DNA of 64,000 nucleotides from an uncultured Actinomycetes bacterium (GTDB lineage Bacteria; Actinomycetota; Thermoleophilia; Solirubrobacterales; 70-9): NCBI GenBank assembly GCA_963824485.1, contig CAWGPH010000006.1, positions 5,491 to 69,490 of the forward strand, read 5' to 3'. Shown piece by piece: positions 62,219 to 64,000 of this stretch (position 1 is its first letter; each line of letters starts with the position of its first letter). The notes under the pieces were generated by a model. It saw only the letters and a program-made list of their open reading frames with translations, ran no database searches and was not told where the DNA came from. The position numbers and the translations under genes were made by a program.

Positions 62219-63319
62219 CTATTTGGAGACGTTGAAGCCTTCTCCGGTGATGCGGCCGATGTCGTTGGAGACGCCGATCACCATCAGCATCAGGACGAGG
62301 GCGAAGCCGATGATCGTCGCCCGCTCCATCACCAGGATCGACACCGGGCGGCCGCCCCGCAGTTTCTCGATGATCGCCCAGAAGATGTGGCCGCCGTCGA
62401 GGGGCAGGATCGGCACCAGGTTGATCAGGCCGAGCGAGAGGCTGACCAGGGCGAGGAGCAGGAAGGCCTGCCGCCAGCCGTCGTCGACCGCTTCGTGGCC
62501 GACGTCGCTGATCCCGACCACGCTGGAGATTTCCTTGCGCTTTTCGGCTTCGAAGATGTGGGAGAAGACGGAGCCGGTGCGGCTGATCACTTCGCCCATG
62601 ACCCCGGTCGAGTGGCTGACCGCAAGTGAGGTGCTGATCGGGGCGAATTCGCCGCCGTAGCTGAACCCGATCAGGACCTTCCCGGCTTCCGTGTTGTAGC
62701 GCGGGCTGGCTTCGATCGTCTTCAGTTGCCCGTCGCGGCGGATCGTCAGTTCGACCGGCGTCTTGGCGACACAGCCCTCGGTCTGTTCGCCCGCGCACTT
62801 ATGGGCGGCGACCAATTTACCGAAGCGTTCGATCTTCTTTTCGGCCGGCAGGCCCGCGAAGCGGTGCCCTTCGACCGCGACGATTTCGTCGCCCGGCTGC
62901 AGCAGCCTGGCGGCCGGGGTCTTCGCCTCGACTTCTCCGACCTGCGGCTTGATTTCTTCAAGACCACCGATCTTGAAGACCGAAAAGAGGATCACGAAGG
63001 CGAGCACGATGTTGACTGCCGGGCCCGCCGCGGCGACGACGATCCGCTTCCAGACCTTCTGCCGATGGTAGGCACGGTGCTCCTCCCCGGCGGGCATCTC
63101 TTCCTCCGGGTTCATGCCGTTGATCTTCACGTAGCCGCCGAGCGGGATCGCCTTGATCCCGTACTCGGTCTCGCCGCGTTTGACCGACCAGAGGGTCGGC
63201 CCGAAGAAGAGGTAGAAGCCTTCGACCCGCATCCCGGTCGCCTTGGCGGCGACGAAGTGGCCCGCCTCGTGCAGGAGGATCAGGGTGCAGAAGCCGAGGA
63301 AGACGTAGAGCCAACTCAC
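62219..63319 (-). CDS. rseP: RIP site-2 metalloprotease RseP (M50) with PDZ domain
   Basis: HEAGHF (HExxH) and NLVPILPLDGG (NxxPxxxLDG). Confidence 0.85.
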   Translation of the reverse strand: MSWLYVFLGFCTLILLHEAGHFVAAKATGMRVEGFYLFFGPTLWSVKRGETEYGIKAIPLGGYVKINGMNPEEEMPAGEEHRAYHRQKVWKRIVVAAAGPAVNIVLAFVILFSVFKIGGLEEIKPQVGEVEAKTPAARLLQPGDEIVAVEGHRFAGLPAEKKIERFGKLVAAHKCAGEQTEGCVAKTPVELTIRRDGQLKTIEASPRYNTEAGKVLIGFSYGGEFAPISTSLAVSHSTGVMGEVISRTGSVFSHIFEAEKRKEISSVVGISDVGHEAVDDGWRQAFLLLALVSLSLGLINLVPILPLDGGHIFWAIIEKLRGGRPVSILVMERATIIGFALVLMLMVIGVSNDIGRITGEGFNVSK

Positions 63320-64000
63320 GCGGGCATCAGCTCCCTCGCCGCCGCGGCGGCGAGGTCGCGGGCCTCGGCGTCGGCGGCGAAGAGGTCGTCGAAGTGGGCA
63401 ACCGGCCGCGCCGGCATCTGCTCGAGGCAGCGCTCGATCACCGCGGCGATCCCGGTGAACGGGATCTCCCCCTCGAGGAAGGCGGCGACCGCGACCTCGT
63501 CGGCGGCGTTGAGGACGGTCGGCGCGGTGCCGCCCGCCTCCCCCGCCTCGAGCGCCAGGCGCAGGCAGGCGAAGGTGTCGGGATCGGGCTCCTCGAAGGT
63601 CAGCTCGCCGACCGCGGCGAAGTCGAGCCGCGGCACGTCGACCGGCATCCGTTCGGGGAAGTTGAGCGCGTAGGAGATCGGCACCCGCATGTCGGGATAG
63701 CCGAGGTGGGCGATCGAGCAGCCGTCGGTCAGGTGGACCATCGAGTGGATCAGCGACTGCGGGTGGACGACGACGTCGATCCGCTCGTAGGGCATGCCGA
63801 AGAGGTGGTGGGCCTCGATCACCTCGAAGCCCTTGTTCATCAGCGTCGCCGAGTCGATCGTGATGCGGCCGCCCATCTTCCAGGTCGGATGGGCGAGCGC
63901 CTCGTCGACGCTGACCTCGCTGAGGTCGTCGCGGCCGCGGAAGGGGCCGCCGGAGGCGGTGATGACGAGGCGGTCGACGGCACCGGGCGCCTCGCGGCCG
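63316..64000 (-). CDS. dxr: 1-deoxy-D-xylulose 5-phosphate reductoisomerase, N-terminus beyond the window end
   Basis: ITIDSATLMNKGFEVIEAHHLF, HPQSLIHSMV and a C-terminal helical domain. The frame is open to position 64000. Confidence 0.9.
   Translation of the reverse strand, partial: GREAPGAVDRLVITASGGPFRGRDDLSEVSVDEALAHPTWKMGGRITIDSATLMNKGFEVIEAHHLFGMPYERIDVVVHPQSLIHSMVHLTDGCSIAHLGYPDMRVPISYALNFPERMPVDVPRLDFAAVGELTFEEPDPDTFACLRLALEAGEAGGTAPTVLNAADEVAVAAFLEGEIPFTGIAAVIERCLEQMPARPVAHFDDLFAADAEARDLAAAAARELMPA

Overview
High-GC chromosomal segment (about 70% G+C by eye) with actinobacterial-type gene content: pgsA/FHA/MerR synteny, murT-gatD, VKOR-DsbA, WS/DGAT, and a c-di-AMP riboswitch ahead of an RlpA-like gene. 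Most of the window is housekeeping: rnj, a two-component system, ftsK, cinA, thpR, recA, miaB/miaA, dapF plus an aminotransferase, hflX, dut, murT/gatD, dinB, nadE, ispG/rseP/dxr. The standout is a 7.9 kb block (about 28.9-36.8 kb) of some 15 co-oriented, translationally coupled minus-strand genes. It has the architecture of a filamentous (inovirus-like) prophage: a Zot/pI-type ATPase, two small coat-like proteins, a large secreted pIII-like protein, a 3-TM pVI-like protein, a rolling-circle Rep candidate and a small first gene. It has no integrase, secretin, capsid or tail genes. The block is bracketed by a well-formed dif-like 28-mer and a half-degenerate copy, which suggests XerCD-mediated integration (an IMEX) at the chromosomal dimer-resolution site. 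Gene-strand bias flips at the same point, consistent with a replication terminus. Other notable observations follow. The DapF homologue has both catalytic cysteines replaced by serine. A dispersed 39-bp hairpin repeat family has eight copies, one inserted in frame inside murT. There is a second palindromic repeat family. miaB and an MBL hydrolase each carry an apparent +1 frameshift. A ydaO-type riboswitch and a LexA box upstream of dinB are present, and the LexA box has an orphan near-identical twin. A lower-GC islet abuts a truncated HAD gene fragment. Many long ORFs in the six-frame track are high-GC antisense or out-of-frame artefacts and were not called. All functional calls rest on motif recognition by eye; no database search was possible.
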